18,792 nt of DNA from an uncultured archaeon (GCA_964610875.1 CAZSWP010000057.1:1-18792); one strand, 5' to 3'. Shown: positions 1 through 9,407, counted from the first letter of the stretch. The notes: a model not told the origin generated them from the letters alone. A program made the numbers and translations.

Positions 1-1183
1 TGGTAGCGATAATCACTGCAAAGACTGCAGTAGCTAGAGTGATAGACCCTGAAGTATATGCTGGAGCTGCAATAGCTACAACTGCACCCGCAGAAACAAA
101 TCCTCCGATGAAAGCTGCAGCAATCATTCCTGCATCATTGAAGAATCCTTGAAGTACTAGAGAAATCAAGGTGATGAATGAAAATACTAATGCAAATCGT
201 AGGGCTGCTCCTAGCTCAAAAGGTGAAACGAACTTCAGGTCAATAGGTTCATCCCCATCGTCCTCGATCAATTCTCTTTCTTGGAACATTCTTAGTGCTC
301 CCACAATGCTAAGAATTACAAGTGGCACCATATAGTATCGGAGAATGAGAAGAGTAGGATCCAAGATTAATACAATTACACCATTGCGAAGAACCATGGC
401 TAGATTTGCGAAAATGGTGGAAAGGGAGATTCTGCCTGGCGACTTTCTTCCTGTTTTCACATGGAAGTCTGCAAGACTTGAAACCGTGGCCTCACTATTT
501 GCAAATCCTCCAAAGAAACCAAAGAAATAGACCCCTCTATTCTCGTACTTCTTCACAAGAAGATAGTTTGCAAAACTGATACTGAGAAGAATGACAATCA
601 GATAGTATGTCTGGAAGAGGGGGAATGGGTCAGGTAATCCTGGAATCTCAACAAATTCTGGGATTAAAGGCCAGAAGAATAAGATTAGTACTCCAAGCTC
701 TGCGGCACTTATCATTTCATTACGGGTAATGCCCGAAATTGCTTCAGCTAATTCCTGTTTGAAACTAAGGATAAGGAATGTGAGAAATGCAACTGTCATA
801 GCTAAGACTTGTAGAGGTCCCAACAATTGTCCCTCAGGCGGCACATCTATTCCAACTAGTGTACCAAGAACATATGAGATTGCAAAGACAATTGTTGTAG
901 TCATTCCTTTTCTCATGGACCTAATAATTTTCAGATACAAATGCATACCAACTAGAATAAGGGAGACAACTGTAGTATATACCAGAACAACAGCATTTTC
1001 TGAAACATAGAACACATACGCTGCAAGTGTTCCCATCAGACTATGAAGACCAAAAGAACGAACACCAAAAATATCATCCTCTGCCATCTTCTGACGTTCA
1101 AGCCCGATAAGAGCCCCCACGGAAAAACCCACCAACAATTTTACAACTAACTCTGGGCTGAGAAGCTCAATACCAACTTGCAT
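1..1183 (-). CDS. MgtC/SapB family membrane protein with DUF4010-like C-terminal region (3' end outside the window; not in the ORF track)
   Basis: Hand translation from ATG at 1183 (SD-like AGGTGA just upstream): MQVGIELLSPELVVKLLVGFSVGALIGLERQ...FGVRSFGLHSLMG, then GMTTTIVF, FGGFANSEAT, SPFELGAALRFAL and GGFVSAGAVV. LIGLER/GxRxF is the MgtC signature; the later motifs are DUF4010-type. The frame stays open to the window edge. Confidence 0.88.
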   Translation of the reverse strand, partial: MQVGIELLSPELVVKLLVGFSVGALIGLERQKMAEDDIFGVRSFGLHSLMGTLAAYVFYVSENAVVLVYTTVVSLILVGMHLYLKIIRSMRKGMTTTIVFAISYVLGTLVGIDVPPEGQLLGPLQVLAMTVAFLTFLILSFKQELAEAISGITRNEMISAAELGVLILFFWPLIPEFVEIPGLPDPFPLFQTYYLIVILLSISFANYLLVKKYENRGVYFFGFFGGFANSEATVSSLADFHVKTGRKSPGRISLSTIFANLAMVLRNGVIVLILDPTLLILRYYMVPLVILSIVGALRMFQERELIEDDGDEPIDLKFVSPFELGAALRFALVFSFITLISLVLQGFFNDAGMIAAAFIGGFVSAGAVVAIAAPAYTSGSITLATAVFAVIIAT

Positions 1184-1264
1184 TCCTATCACCTTTGTGG
1201 ATATAGAAATGCAGAGTGCTCCAATTTAAGGAGTGTTATTATTCAAAAAGAAAGGAAGACTGGA

Positions 1265-1975
1265 TTAACCTACATCCAGTCTTGTATTCTCAAGTAGAGT
1301 CTGTAAAGGTATGTCGAAGAATTCTCCTGTTGGTAATGAACGTCGAACTGTCATCGGCAATACTCCAGATGCAAGCTCTAGTTCTGCCAAGGTGAAGAGC
1401 TCATTGGGTGCTTTAGTCATATCTATGAGAACTGGCGCGCCCATTGAAATCTGTAACGCGCGTGCTCCGATTATTCTCGCTTTTTCAAAGCGTGTGAGCC
1501 ATTTTGGACCAGCTGGTACGCCCATGCCTTTCTTTTCTTCCTCCAGTCCCGTTTTTAGCGATGTTCGCTCTGTTACTGTTTTGATTTCTTCACCTGGAGG
1601 TAATTCATGGATATCTGGGTCCGGTTCTGGTGCTTTCTTTCGTTTTGACCTCTTTGGTTTCGTTGGATCGAATTCGCCTGATTCGATTTTTTCCTGGAGA
1701 TCAGCTGCTTCACTAAGAACCCCTTCAGCTTTTGATACACTAAGTCCCTGAATGGCTTCTGCGAGTTCCTCAGCAGGTGTGTCAAGGACTTCTTCAATTG
1801 TGTCATATTCTGCTTCGACGAGTTTTTCTGCTGTCTTAGGGCCAACACCTGGAATATTAGTGAGAATCTCTTGTTTCTTTTCCTTCGATAAATCACTATA
1901 ATCTATTGCTGTTTCTTTTTCCTCGTCTTTGCCCTTCTCATCGTCTTTTTTCTTACTTTTGGGTTCTTTCGACAT
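1265..1975 (-). CDS. rpoK: DNA-directed RNA polymerase subunit Rpo6 (RpoK/RPB6) with N-terminal helix-hairpin-helix extension
   Basis: C-terminal WLTRFEKARIIGARALQISMGAPVLI...ELASGVLPMTVRRSLPTG is the Rpo6/RPB6 core. The N-terminal part contains LTNIPGVGPKTAEKLVEAEYDTIEEV...IQGLSVSKAEGVL, a tandem HhH (HHH_5-like). Confidence 0.93.
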   Translation of the reverse strand: MSKEPKSKKKDDEKGKDEEKETAIDYSDLSKEKKQEILTNIPGVGPKTAEKLVEAEYDTIEEVLDTPAEELAEAIQGLSVSKAEGVLSEAADLQEKIESGEFDPTKPKRSKRKKAPEPDPDIHELPPGEEIKTVTERTSLKTGLEEEKKGMGVPAGPKWLTRFEKARIIGARALQISMGAPVLIDMTKAPNELFTLAELELASGVLPMTVRRSLPTGEFFDIPLQTLLENTRLDVG

Positions 1976-2011
1976 ATCTCAGTACACCTACACAGCTGCG
2001 TTTGACTCTTT

Positions 2012-3649
2012 CTATTCGTCGTCCATATCTCCGCCCATATCGCCTGGTGGGCCACCCATTCCGCCGCCACCTTTTGAGCTGATAACGTCATCAATCTTTA
2101 AGATCATTTGTGCTGCTTCAGCTGCTGACATGACGATTTGTCTATTGACTAGAGCTGATTCAATAACACGAACTTTCTTCATGTCATCAACTTTTCCTTT
2201 GTCAATATTTACACCATGAGTGACTTTTCCTTCAGTGTGAGCAGTTCTTAGGGAAACGATGATGTCGATTGGATCGAGACCAGCATTATCAGCGAGAGTT
2301 TCTGGTAGGCCTTCAATAGCTGTTGCAAATGCATTAACTGCATATTGTTCTCTACCCTCAAGTTTCTCAGCATAGTCTCTAAGTTCCTTAGCAATCTCAG
2401 CAGCTAAGGCTCCTCCTCCATATGTAACATATGGATGGACGACAACATCCTTGACGACATTAAGTGCGTCGTTAAGTGCACGGTCTACCTCATCAACAAT
2501 GTGGTCTGTGCCACCTCTTACGATGAGAGTAACAGCTGATGACTTAGGTGTGCCTTCAATGAAGAGCATCTTGTCATCACCGACAATGCGTTGCTCAACT
2601 AACTTTGCTTTTCCAAGGTCTGATGCAGTCAGATTAGCTATCTTAGAAATAATTGTTGCACCAGTTGTCTTGTGCAATCTTTCAACATCTGATTTCTTGA
2701 TTCTTCGTACTGCTAGAATGCCTGCTTTGGCAAGGTAATGCTGAGCTACATCATCAATCCCCTTTTGGGCAATGACAACATTTGCACCAGAATCAATAAT
2801 TTGTTGAACCATGGTTTTTAGCATCTGTTCTTCTTCGTCAAGGAACTTCTGCATCGACATCGGGTCAGTTATAGAAATTTTTGCATCGAATTCGGTCTTT
2901 GTGACCTCAATTGGGCATTCGAGCAATGCAATCTTTGCACTCTCTGCGCGTTTTGGCATTCCGGGATGAACTATCTCTTTGTCAAGAATAATACCTTTTA
3001 CAAGCTCGGTCTTAGATACTGCAAGACCCTTTTGCTTCTGTCTTGGTATATTATCCATGTCAAATTCATCATCTGGACTGCGGTCTTTCTCGATTGCCAA
3101 CACTGCATCGACAACAACCTTTGCTAGGTCGTCTCTTGAAGTAGATACAAATTTGCTGGACATCGATGTCTTTGCAACATCCACGAGGATTTTCTTGTAT
3201 TCCTTATCCTCAGGATCAACCTTCTCTGCAACTTTATCGATGACTTCCAATGCCTTTTCAGCTGCTTTTCTGTATCCGCTGATAATTGTAGTTGGATGTA
3301 TCTTTTGATCGAGCAGTTCTTCAGCAAACTTAAGCAGGTTTCCTGTCAATATTGCAGAAGTGGTAGTTCCATCACCGACTTCAGCATCAACAGTCTTAGC
3401 GACCTCGATAACCATCTTTGCTGCAGGATGTGCGACATCCATCTCTTTCAGAATTGTAGCACCATCATTACTGACAGTGACGTCTCCGAAGGAGTCCACG
3501 AGCATCTTATCCATACCCTTTGGACCGAGTGCAGACTTGACTGCTTCGGCAATCACAATTGCGGCCATAATATTATTCCTTTGAGCGTCTCGGCCACGGG
3601 TTCGCTCTGTGTCCTCTCTCAATACAAGGATTGGTACTTGTTGACTCAT
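2012..3649 (-). CDS. ths: Thermosome subunit (group II chaperonin), 545 aa
   Basis: Motifs [54 protein letters not shown] and a GGM/acidic tail. Start re-assigned to ATG 3649 ([10 protein letters not shown]), preceded by a GGAGGT SD at 3662-3657; the ORF track's 43-aa extension is unlikely. Confidence 0.97.
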   Translation of the reverse strand: MSQQVPILVLREDTERTRGRDAQRNNIMAAIVIAEAVKSALGPKGMDKMLVDSFGDVTVSNDGATILKEMDVAHPAAKMVIEVAKTVDAEVGDGTTTSAILTGNLLKFAEELLDQKIHPTTIISGYRKAAEKALEVIDKVAEKVDPEDKEYKKILVDVAKTSMSSKFVSTSRDDLAKVVVDAVLAIEKDRSPDDEFDMDNIPRQKQKGLAVSKTELVKGIILDKEIVHPGMPKRAESAKIALLECPIEVTKTEFDAKISITDPMSMQKFLDEEEQMLKTMVQQIIDSGANVVIAQKGIDDVAQHYLAKAGILAVRRIKKSDVERLHKTTGATIISKIANLTASDLGKAKLVEQRIVGDDKMLFIEGTPKSSAVTLIVRGGTDHIVDEVDRALNDALNVVKDVVVHPYVTYGGGALAAEIAKELRDYAEKLEGREQYAVNAFATAIEGLPETLADNAGLDPIDIIVSLRTAHTEGKVTHGVNIDKGKVDDMKKVRVIESALVNRQIVMSAAEAAQMILKIDDVISSKGGGGMGGPPGDMGGDMDDE

Positions 3650-3731
3650 TATGCATACCTCCATCCTAATCTGGAGTGTTCCAGACATAGAATGTAAAAC
3701 TGTACATGCACTTCGCATTCTGTTTAATTGA

Positions 3732-3752
3732 TTTTTAAACGTTGTCTTCTGC
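3732..3752 (-). promoter_or_regulatory. Putative BRE/TATA promoter of the thermosome gene
   Basis: Minus strand reads GCAGAAGACAACG-TTTAAAAA, about 85 nt upstream of the ATG. A small TCTGGA-N4-TCCAGA hairpin lies in the inferred 5' UTR (3670-3685). Confidence 0.45.
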
Positions 3753-3781
3753 ACTCTGGTCTGGTCAAGATGCACCAAAGC

Positions 3782-4735
3782 CTATAGGATAAAAACGTTG
3801 TCAACTGGTACATTTCTTCTTATAGTAGATGGTCTCTGGAGAATCACATTATCTCCTTTCTTGGCACCAAGGATTTCTGATATGTGGGGACATTTTGCTC
3901 GCGTGATATAGTATGTTTCAACACCTATGTTTTCTTGAATCTCCGGAAAGGTCTCAATATTTGCTTGCCCTTTTGAGATGACAAGGTCTGCCTGTTCTAT
4001 CAGTTTGATGAATTCATCACTGACCCATTGCAATGGCACACCATGTGCCCATGCACCGGTATCAGCTATTCTAGATATTCTCTCAATCTCAATTCCCTCA
4101 ACATCTTCTCGTGTGGCATCATTAGCCATTGCTTTCCCTTTTACCACATATGTTATCTTCCATCCGTGCTCATGTAAAATATGGAGTAGTGGAATATCGA
4201 AGTATGTTTCTCCTGCATTATCTGCAAGATAGACAACTATCCCTGGTGCTCCATTAATAGTGAACCAGAGTTGTTTTGAATTATCAATGGCAAATCCTCG
4301 TTCAAGGATATTGAAAAATAATGAACTCAATTTCTGAAGTTCAGGTTCATGTCCTGCAGTATTGAAATCTATTACATTCCCAACAATTGCAGCTGCTATT
4401 GCTGCTCTAAGCTTGTCGTATTTCTCTAAAGTTTCAATATGTTCCAGTATTATAGGCAATGCTTTCTTTGCGGCATCATTACTCATTCTTTTGATTTCTA
4501 GATAAGGATCATCAACACCCGCTTTGTTGTATAATTCTTGATATAGTCTAATACTCAAAGGTGCAGGTTCAAGTCTTTTGGAAAACCCCTCTGACAGTAT
4601 CTTGTAGGCATAAGAGAACAGCTCGAATTGTTTTTGCTCATTATTGGAGAGTAGCGGTATTAGTGTCTGTAGCGTGTTCAATATGCAAGTGGAACAATCT
4701 GGAATGAGCGGGACTCGAATTCTATTGTTACTCAT
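3782..4735 (-). CDS. DUF89/ARMT1-like metal-dependent damage-control phosphatase
   Basis: N-terminal CxxC (DCSTC), DPYLEIKRMSN, GNVIDF, DNAGETYFD, NDAT and KGQANIE. Start re-assigned to ATG 4735 (MSNNRIR), with a GAGGAG SD and an 8-nt overlap with the end of the upstream gene. Confidence 0.9.
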   Translation of the reverse strand: MSNNRIRVPLIPDCSTCILNTLQTLIPLLSNNEQKQFELFSYAYKILSEGFSKRLEPAPLSIRLYQELYNKAGVDDPYLEIKRMSNDAAKKALPIILEHIETLEKYDKLRAAIAAAIVGNVIDFNTAGHEPELQKLSSLFFNILERGFAIDNSKQLWFTINGAPGIVVYLADNAGETYFDIPLLHILHEHGWKITYVVKGKAMANDATREDVEGIEIERISRIADTGAWAHGVPLQWVSDEFIKLIEQADLVISKGQANIETFPEIQENIGVETYYITRAKCPHISEILGAKKGDNVILQRPSTIRRNVPVDNVFIL

Positions 4736-5243
4736 CTGAGTAATTCTCCTCTTCAGGTGGTCCATCAGACTCATGTCTTTTCACCATAAGATATGCATCC
4801 TCACCATCTCGATAGTATCCCTTTAGAACTCGTTTTATCTCAAAGTCAAGACTCTCATAGATTCCAATTGCAGCTTTGTTTGTCTTTCTAACCTCAAGGA
4901 AGAATTCTGAAACACCATATTCAACCATCCCCTTCATTCCTGCATGCACCAATGCAGTTCCAACTCCTAATCTTCGCTTTTCCTCTAAAACTGCAATTGA
5001 TACAATATGTCCTTTCTTTACTGGGAATTTGTTATAACTAGAAAGACCTCTTTCAATTCTACACATTATGTAGCCGCAGACTTCTCCATTACATTCTGCA
5101 ACTATGAATGATTTTGGAGCGTGATAATGAAGACCAAGAAAGAATTGGTCTGGATAGTTCTCAGGTAAACATGACCGATTTATTTTCACAACTGAACCAA
5201 TATCGTCTCTGGTGAATTGTCGGATGCCAATTTGAGCACACAT
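4728..5243 (-). CDS. ard1: N-alpha-acetyltransferase, Ard1/Naa10 (RimI-like GNAT)
   Basis: LPENY, GYIMCRIE, GHIVSIAV, RRLGVG (acetyl-CoA binding), LEVRKTN and YYRDGEDAYLM, all characteristic of archaeal Ard1 and eukaryotic Naa10. Confidence 0.92.
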   Translation of the reverse strand: MCAQIGIRQFTRDDIGSVVKINRSCLPENYPDQFFLGLHYHAPKSFIVAECNGEVCGYIMCRIERGLSSYNKFPVKKGHIVSIAVLEEKRRLGVGTALVHAGMKGMVEYGVSEFFLEVRKTNKAAIGIYESLDFEIKRVLKGYYRDGEDAYLMVKRHESDGPPEEENYSDE

Positions 5244-5314
5244 ACCAAAATCACTATCCGTTGTAGTCGCGTTTCACGACTTCTGCTTACTTTTATCAGT
5301 TATGCAGATGACAT

Positions 5315-6055
5315 TTACGGATTGTCCTCATGCTCAATCATCTTTTTAAGTTCCTCCGCATCAATCTCGGAGGTCAAGCGATTTGCTCTATCGACCCATG
5401 ATTTAACATCAGCCAGAGTTATACCCATATCCTGCGGCAAAACAAATTCATCTCTATGTAATGATTCTGTGATTTTAGTCAGTAGTTCATTTTCATTTAC
5501 TACTGTCAGTTCTATTACTGATTTTATTTTCCCGCCAATTGTAATAGCTTTAGCATGACCAATCCACATTTCAGCAATCTCTAATTCCACACCACAGATA
5601 TCCGAAATCGTTTCTTCATCTTCTCCTGCAAGATCCTCAATATTGTTTATATCTTCAAGAATGAGGTCTTCAGCACACAAGTCATCAATCCCCTCAATGA
5701 CCTGTAATGGAACACCGAGGTCTAGCTCGTCTTCTGTTTCGAATTCAGCAATAATCTCAATGTCTATTGATTCATCGTCCATCTCTTTTTCAATTGTTCT
5801 TCTGATATGTCTTTCAATTTCACTGACTCTTCTTTGGTATCGGGACTTTGATTGTCTTGGTGATTCTCTCTCATAACTCATCAATGCGCTGGTCTTTGAA
5901 ACTCCATATAGACATAATGACTGAGTAACTAAGGTGATTGCGCCAATTAATAGTATGGCAGCTAAAACTGTATTGATCCACCAAATAAGAACTGAAATTA
6001 AAATCAATAGTGCTGATATGAACAAATTCCTGGTTCGTGATGTAATGGGACTCAT
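5315..6055 (-). CDS. Membrane-anchored protein with acidic C-terminal HhH / DUF4332-like region
   Basis: Likely start MSPITS at 6055. Two N-terminal hydrophobic helices, a basic/coiled linker, then PLQVIEGIDDLCAEDL...INNIEDLA...ICGVELEIAEMWIGHA and ...DVKSWVDRAN, resembling DUF4332/HHH_5 repeats. Confidence 0.65.
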   Translation of the reverse strand: MSPITSRTRNLFISALLILISVLIWWINTVLAAILLIGAITLVTQSLCLYGVSKTSALMSYERESPRQSKSRYQRRVSEIERHIRRTIEKEMDDESIDIEIIAEFETEDELDLGVPLQVIEGIDDLCAEDLILEDINNIEDLAGEDEETISDICGVELEIAEMWIGHAKAITIGGKIKSVIELTVVNENELLTKITESLHRDEFVLPQDMGITLADVKSWVDRANRLTSEIDAEELKKMIEHEDNP

Positions 6056-6092
6056 TGGATTCTGCCTGCTTGGGTTTTCTTTGTATTGATTT

Positions 6093-6100
6093 CTTATAAG
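6093..6100. promoter_or_regulatory. Palindromic TATA (CTTATAAG), possibly a bidirectional promoter
   Basis: Sits between the divergent starts at 6055 (-) and 6155 (+). Confidence 0.4.
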
Positions 6101-6154
6101 CCATGACTGTGTCGGAACCAATTCCTTATTTAGGATTGCAAATGGCGGCAAGAT

Positions 6155-6730
6155 ATGAGTTTAGTCCTGATTGGTGGCACACCTGGTACTGGCAAATCCA
6201 CAGTTGCGACACTTTTAGCTAAGAAACAAGAAGTCAATCTAGTGGAACTTGGTGACTTAGCTGAAAACAATGGTTGTATAAATGAAATGGATGCTGATAG
6301 GGATACCGCTGTTATCGATGAGGACTGTCTTGTAGCTGCGATTGATGATCTGCTAGATGGAAACAATGAGAGAATGGTCATCGCTGGACACTACATTGAT
6401 CTGATACCGCCTAGTAAGGTAGAAAGAGCTTTCATCTTGCGTACTAGACCATCTCTTTTGAAACTACGCCTCGAAGAACGCGGATATGCAGAACAAAAAG
6501 TTCAGGAAAATGTTGAGGCTGAAGTATTTGGTGTCTGTCAGATGGATGCTCTAGAAGTATTTGACGAAATGCAAGTCTTTGAGATTGATACAACAGGACG
6601 AAAGGTTGATGAAACGGTAAAGGAAATTATGCGAATCCTTGGCAATGATGATGAAGAGCCTGAACGTTATGATTGGATGACCGAGTTAGAAGATCAAGGT
6701 TGTTTGGATGAGTATATTGGTGATTGGTAA
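6155..6730 (+). CDS. Adenylate kinase, AK6/Fap7/hCINAP type
   Basis: P-loop GGTPGTGKST, hhh-GH motif (VIAGHY), LKLRLEERGY..KVQENVEAE, EIDTT and YDW. Confidence 0.92.
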   Translation: MSLVLIGGTPGTGKSTVATLLAKKQEVNLVELGDLAENNGCINEMDADRDTAVIDEDCLVAAIDDLLDGNNERMVIAGHYIDLIPPSKVERAFILRTRPSLLKLRLEERGYAEQKVQENVEAEVFGVCQMDALEVFDEMQVFEIDTTGRKVDETVKEIMRILGNDDEEPERYDWMTELEDQGCLDEYIGDW

Positions 6731-6731
6731 C

Positions 6732-7334
6732 CTATTCTTTCTCTCGAAGTGTTATTGATATCAATGCTAGTAGCGCAACAATAAGCATTACAAATGGTGT
6801 ACCTGTTGCATAAATCACAGCATCTGGGTCAACGGTGACAGCAAATGTAATCAGAAAATAAACGGTAATTCCGGACATTGCCATCATCATTGCTGGTATG
6901 GCTGCAACCCAAGGCCATCGTGGATCTTTGTATGCAAAAATTCCACAGATTATCAAGAATACACCAGCAATCAAAGGGAATGCAAAGAATAGACTTCCTC
7001 CACTGAATAGAACATCCAAAAATGTATCGAAACCAATACCTGGTGGGTGCACCATTACTTGTTGGAATTGTGTAAAAATTGCCATGACTCCAGAAAGAAT
7101 GAGTGTTGCTGCTGGCCATCTATATGTGAGAATTCCAAGTTCTCTTTTGCGTAACTGTTTCCTTAGTTCCTGTGCTTTTCTAATCCTCTCTTGTTCCTTG
7201 TCTTTCTCAACTTCTCGTTCACGTGGGGAGAGGCCATCTTCATTGTCTTTAATGTCAGGGTTTTCTCTGACTGCATCTACCATGTCTTCAGCCATTCTCT
7301 CAGATTCTTCGTTATTTGAATCACCATCGAACAT
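6732..7334 (-). CDS. Hypothetical membrane protein (acidic/coiled-coil N-terminus, about 4 TM helices)
   Basis: 200-aa ORF with a charged N-terminus followed by clear hydrophobic segments; TTATATAA box about 30 nt upstream (7363-7372). Confidence 0.8.
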   Translation of the reverse strand: MFDGDSNNEESERMAEDMVDAVRENPDIKDNEDGLSPREREVEKDKEQERIRKAQELRKQLRKRELGILTYRWPAATLILSGVMAIFTQFQQVMVHPPGIGFDTFLDVLFSGGSLFFAFPLIAGVFLIICGIFAYKDPRWPWVAAIPAMMMAMSGITVYFLITFAVTVDPDAVIYATGTPFVMLIVALLALISITLREKE

Positions 7335-7394
7335 TGAAATTCATCTTTCTGCTTACTCTTGTATTATATAAGCCTCAGCATCTAAGAAGTGAAA

Positions 7395-9179
7395 TCACAT
7401 TCTTGGTGATGACTCAATGTTTCTCACCAATGGTGAGCTGAGGATATCATTGACCTCCTTTATTATTGAGGTATCTTTTGTTTCAGAGAGTAATCTCTCA
7501 ATTTCTATAATCCCGCTACCTAGTCTGTCTGACAATCTGTCCGCCAAATCCTCTGAGAAGAAGTAATTCTGATAGACCAAAGCATCACAAATACTGTCTA
7601 GATGTCTGAAGTCGCGAACAGATTCAGTAGTATTCTGTTGCGCAATATATTGAAGTGATTTGAATAATGCACGACAGATATTCTCTTGTTTTGGATAGAC
7701 AATGGGAATCTCTTCCATGATTCCTGTGTTGAGACACGTAGTTAATTCGGAATAATTTGTAAGATATTTGATGCTGATATACTTGATAAGACGAGAATTT
7801 AAAATGAGCCCAATAACGGCGGGATCCATACGTTCGTCCAAAATATGGATTCGGACAATACCGCCACCATGGATGATTCCCTTCGGTTTTATGATACATC
7901 TTGGATGCGGAAAGTTTTTCGTAGCGACAAGAAATTCTTCTTCAAAAGATATCTTTAATTTTGCATCTCGTTGATAGGTATTGTTGGCAAACATCAGCTT
8001 CTCGTTATTTATCTTGTATCTCTTGACACTTCCACCTTTTGTTATGTAAGGTATTAGATATTTTGAGGATTGTTCCCAACTGACATTTTCATGCTCTAGG
8101 TCTCTCCCTCTTACTGCCTTTAGTAGACCTGTTTCTCCTCTTTGTAAAATGAGTTCATAAAGTCCATCATAGTAAATGGGAAAGAGTCGTAATCTTGTAA
8201 GCAGTTCCTTTGGTACAACACCAGAGCTTTCCAAGTTTTCTCTTCTTGAATTCACGTGCAACTCATCTAAGCTTCCTATGGATGAAGGACTGCAATGGAG
8301 CGTTACCATTTCCAGTGTTACTTCAGAGAAAGGACTTCCTTCATCAGTTATTCCCCATAATCCTAAATTCTGCATCAAATATTTTCTTGTCTTTGTGAAT
8401 TGTCTAACTCTGAGTATTGAGTTTGGTACAAGAAATCCTAGCTCACCTTTCTTACTAAGAAGTTGACCAGCTCGTGCTATAAAAAGAGCAGCAGCATTCC
8501 AAGTTCCATCTCTGCCTGATGCTACTAATTTCCCATAATCATTACTTAACCAATCACGTTCTATTGAAGAGAGAATATTCCCATAGGGTGGATTACCAAG
8601 TATAATGTCAAATCCTGGTTCTTCTCCAATCATAATATCAGGAAATTCAAGATACCAATGAAATGGAGATACTTCTTGAGGGGGATACACCTTTGGTTCA
8701 AGAGTGTCAAAGAATCCCACTAGACCATTTCCTTGCTTAATTTGAAGTGGAAGTGTTACAGAATTGCCTGCCCAATCAAGTAGATTTGAAATGGTTTCCC
8801 ATATTGACTCGTCTCGAATATCAACTCCAAACAGATTATTGGTCACAATCTCCTCTTTCAATTCATTCTCTGATAGTCCATCTTCTAGCAATTTTCGTTG
8901 ATTTAGGATAGACTCCGCTGCTGCTATTAGGAAGACACCATCACCAACAGATGGGTCTAATACTCTAATCTCCGCAAGATAATCAAGAGCTTTGCTTCTC
9001 TGGGATTCTGAGAGATTTCCTGTAGTAAATATGCTATAATCTGTTGATTCAAGATTTCTCTGTAACCATCTATGAATTGCTTTTTCAGTTATCATTTGAG
9101 CTAAATTATAGGGTGTATAGAAAGTACCTGTCTGTTTCTTCTGTTCATGTGTCAGCGGTGTCTGCAAACGGAGACTCAA
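7395..9179 (-). CDS. Amino (N6-adenine-type) DNA methyltransferase, Eco57I/TaqI-like gamma class, orphan
   Basis: GTFYTP (motif X), VLDPSVGDGVFL (motif I), GVDI, FHWYLEFP, FDIILGNPPY (motif IV), FLVPNSIL, and a C-terminal TRD-like region (LILNSRLI...IPI). Confidence 0.9.
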   Translation of the reverse strand: MSLRLQTPLTHEQKKQTGTFYTPYNLAQMITEKAIHRWLQRNLESTDYSIFTTGNLSESQRSKALDYLAEIRVLDPSVGDGVFLIAAAESILNQRKLLEDGLSENELKEEIVTNNLFGVDIRDESIWETISNLLDWAGNSVTLPLQIKQGNGLVGFFDTLEPKVYPPQEVSPFHWYLEFPDIMIGEEPGFDIILGNPPYGNILSSIERDWLSNDYGKLVASGRDGTWNAAALFIARAGQLLSKKGELGFLVPNSILRVRQFTKTRKYLMQNLGLWGITDEGSPFSEVTLEMVTLHCSPSSIGSLDELHVNSRRENLESSGVVPKELLTRLRLFPIYYDGLYELILQRGETGLLKAVRGRDLEHENVSWEQSSKYLIPYITKGGSVKRYKINNEKLMFANNTYQRDAKLKISFEEEFLVATKNFPHPRCIIKPKGIIHGGGIVRIHILDERMDPAVIGLILNSRLIKYISIKYLTNYSELTTCLNTGIMEEIPIVYPKQENICRALFKSLQYIAQQNTTESVRDFRHLDSICDALVYQNYFFSEDLADRLSDRLGSGIIEIERLLSETKDTSIIKEVNDILSSPLVRNIESSPRM

Positions 9180-9354
9180 CTCCGTTCTTACACTCTACTA
9201 ACTAAACTTGAAGTTGTATAAAACAGAGAGAATACTCACAACACAGATGTTTAGAATAAATTCAGAGAAAATCAATTGTGAGAAAATTACTGGAGCGGAA
9301 TTGGATATTACTTTGATTAAGAAACTAACAGAATTAGCTGTTGGATTACTATGA

Positions 9355-9394
9355 AATAGAAAATAGAGTGAGTGTTGGGTGATTACCACCCAAC
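9355..9394 (-). terminator. Stem-loop plus pyrimidine tract downstream of the SPFH gene
   Basis: Perfect 8-bp inverted repeat GTTGGGTG-N5-CACCCAAC (9374-9394), 13 nt past the stop, followed on the minus strand by ACTCACTCTATTTTCTATT. Confidence 0.65.
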
Positions 9395-9407
9395 CAAATT
9401 ACTAGGA

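Noticed and set aside
3650-3778. 43-aa N-terminal extension of the thermosome; likewise the longer starts at 4774, 6151 and 15334
   Set aside because: Downstream ATGs fit better: they have SD motifs and/or family-typical N-termini, and the extensions at 3778, 4774 and 6151 run through promoter sequence or the upstream gene.
345-4232. Plus-strand ORFs in the track (345-530, 729-1010, 1311-1751, 1929-2219, 2451-2738, 2979-3308, 3296-3697, 3360-3584, 3978-4232) and alternate-frame minus ORFs
   Set aside because: Antisense or out-of-frame shadows of well-supported genes with no motifs. The same applies to the short overlapping ORFs elsewhere in the track.
9247-9354. 35-aa plus-strand ORF MFRINSEKINCEKITGAELDITLIKKLTELAVGLL and the 63-aa minus ORF 9198-9389
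   Set aside because: No convincing SD or motif, they overlap or abut a terminator region, and they cannot be distinguished from chance ORFs.
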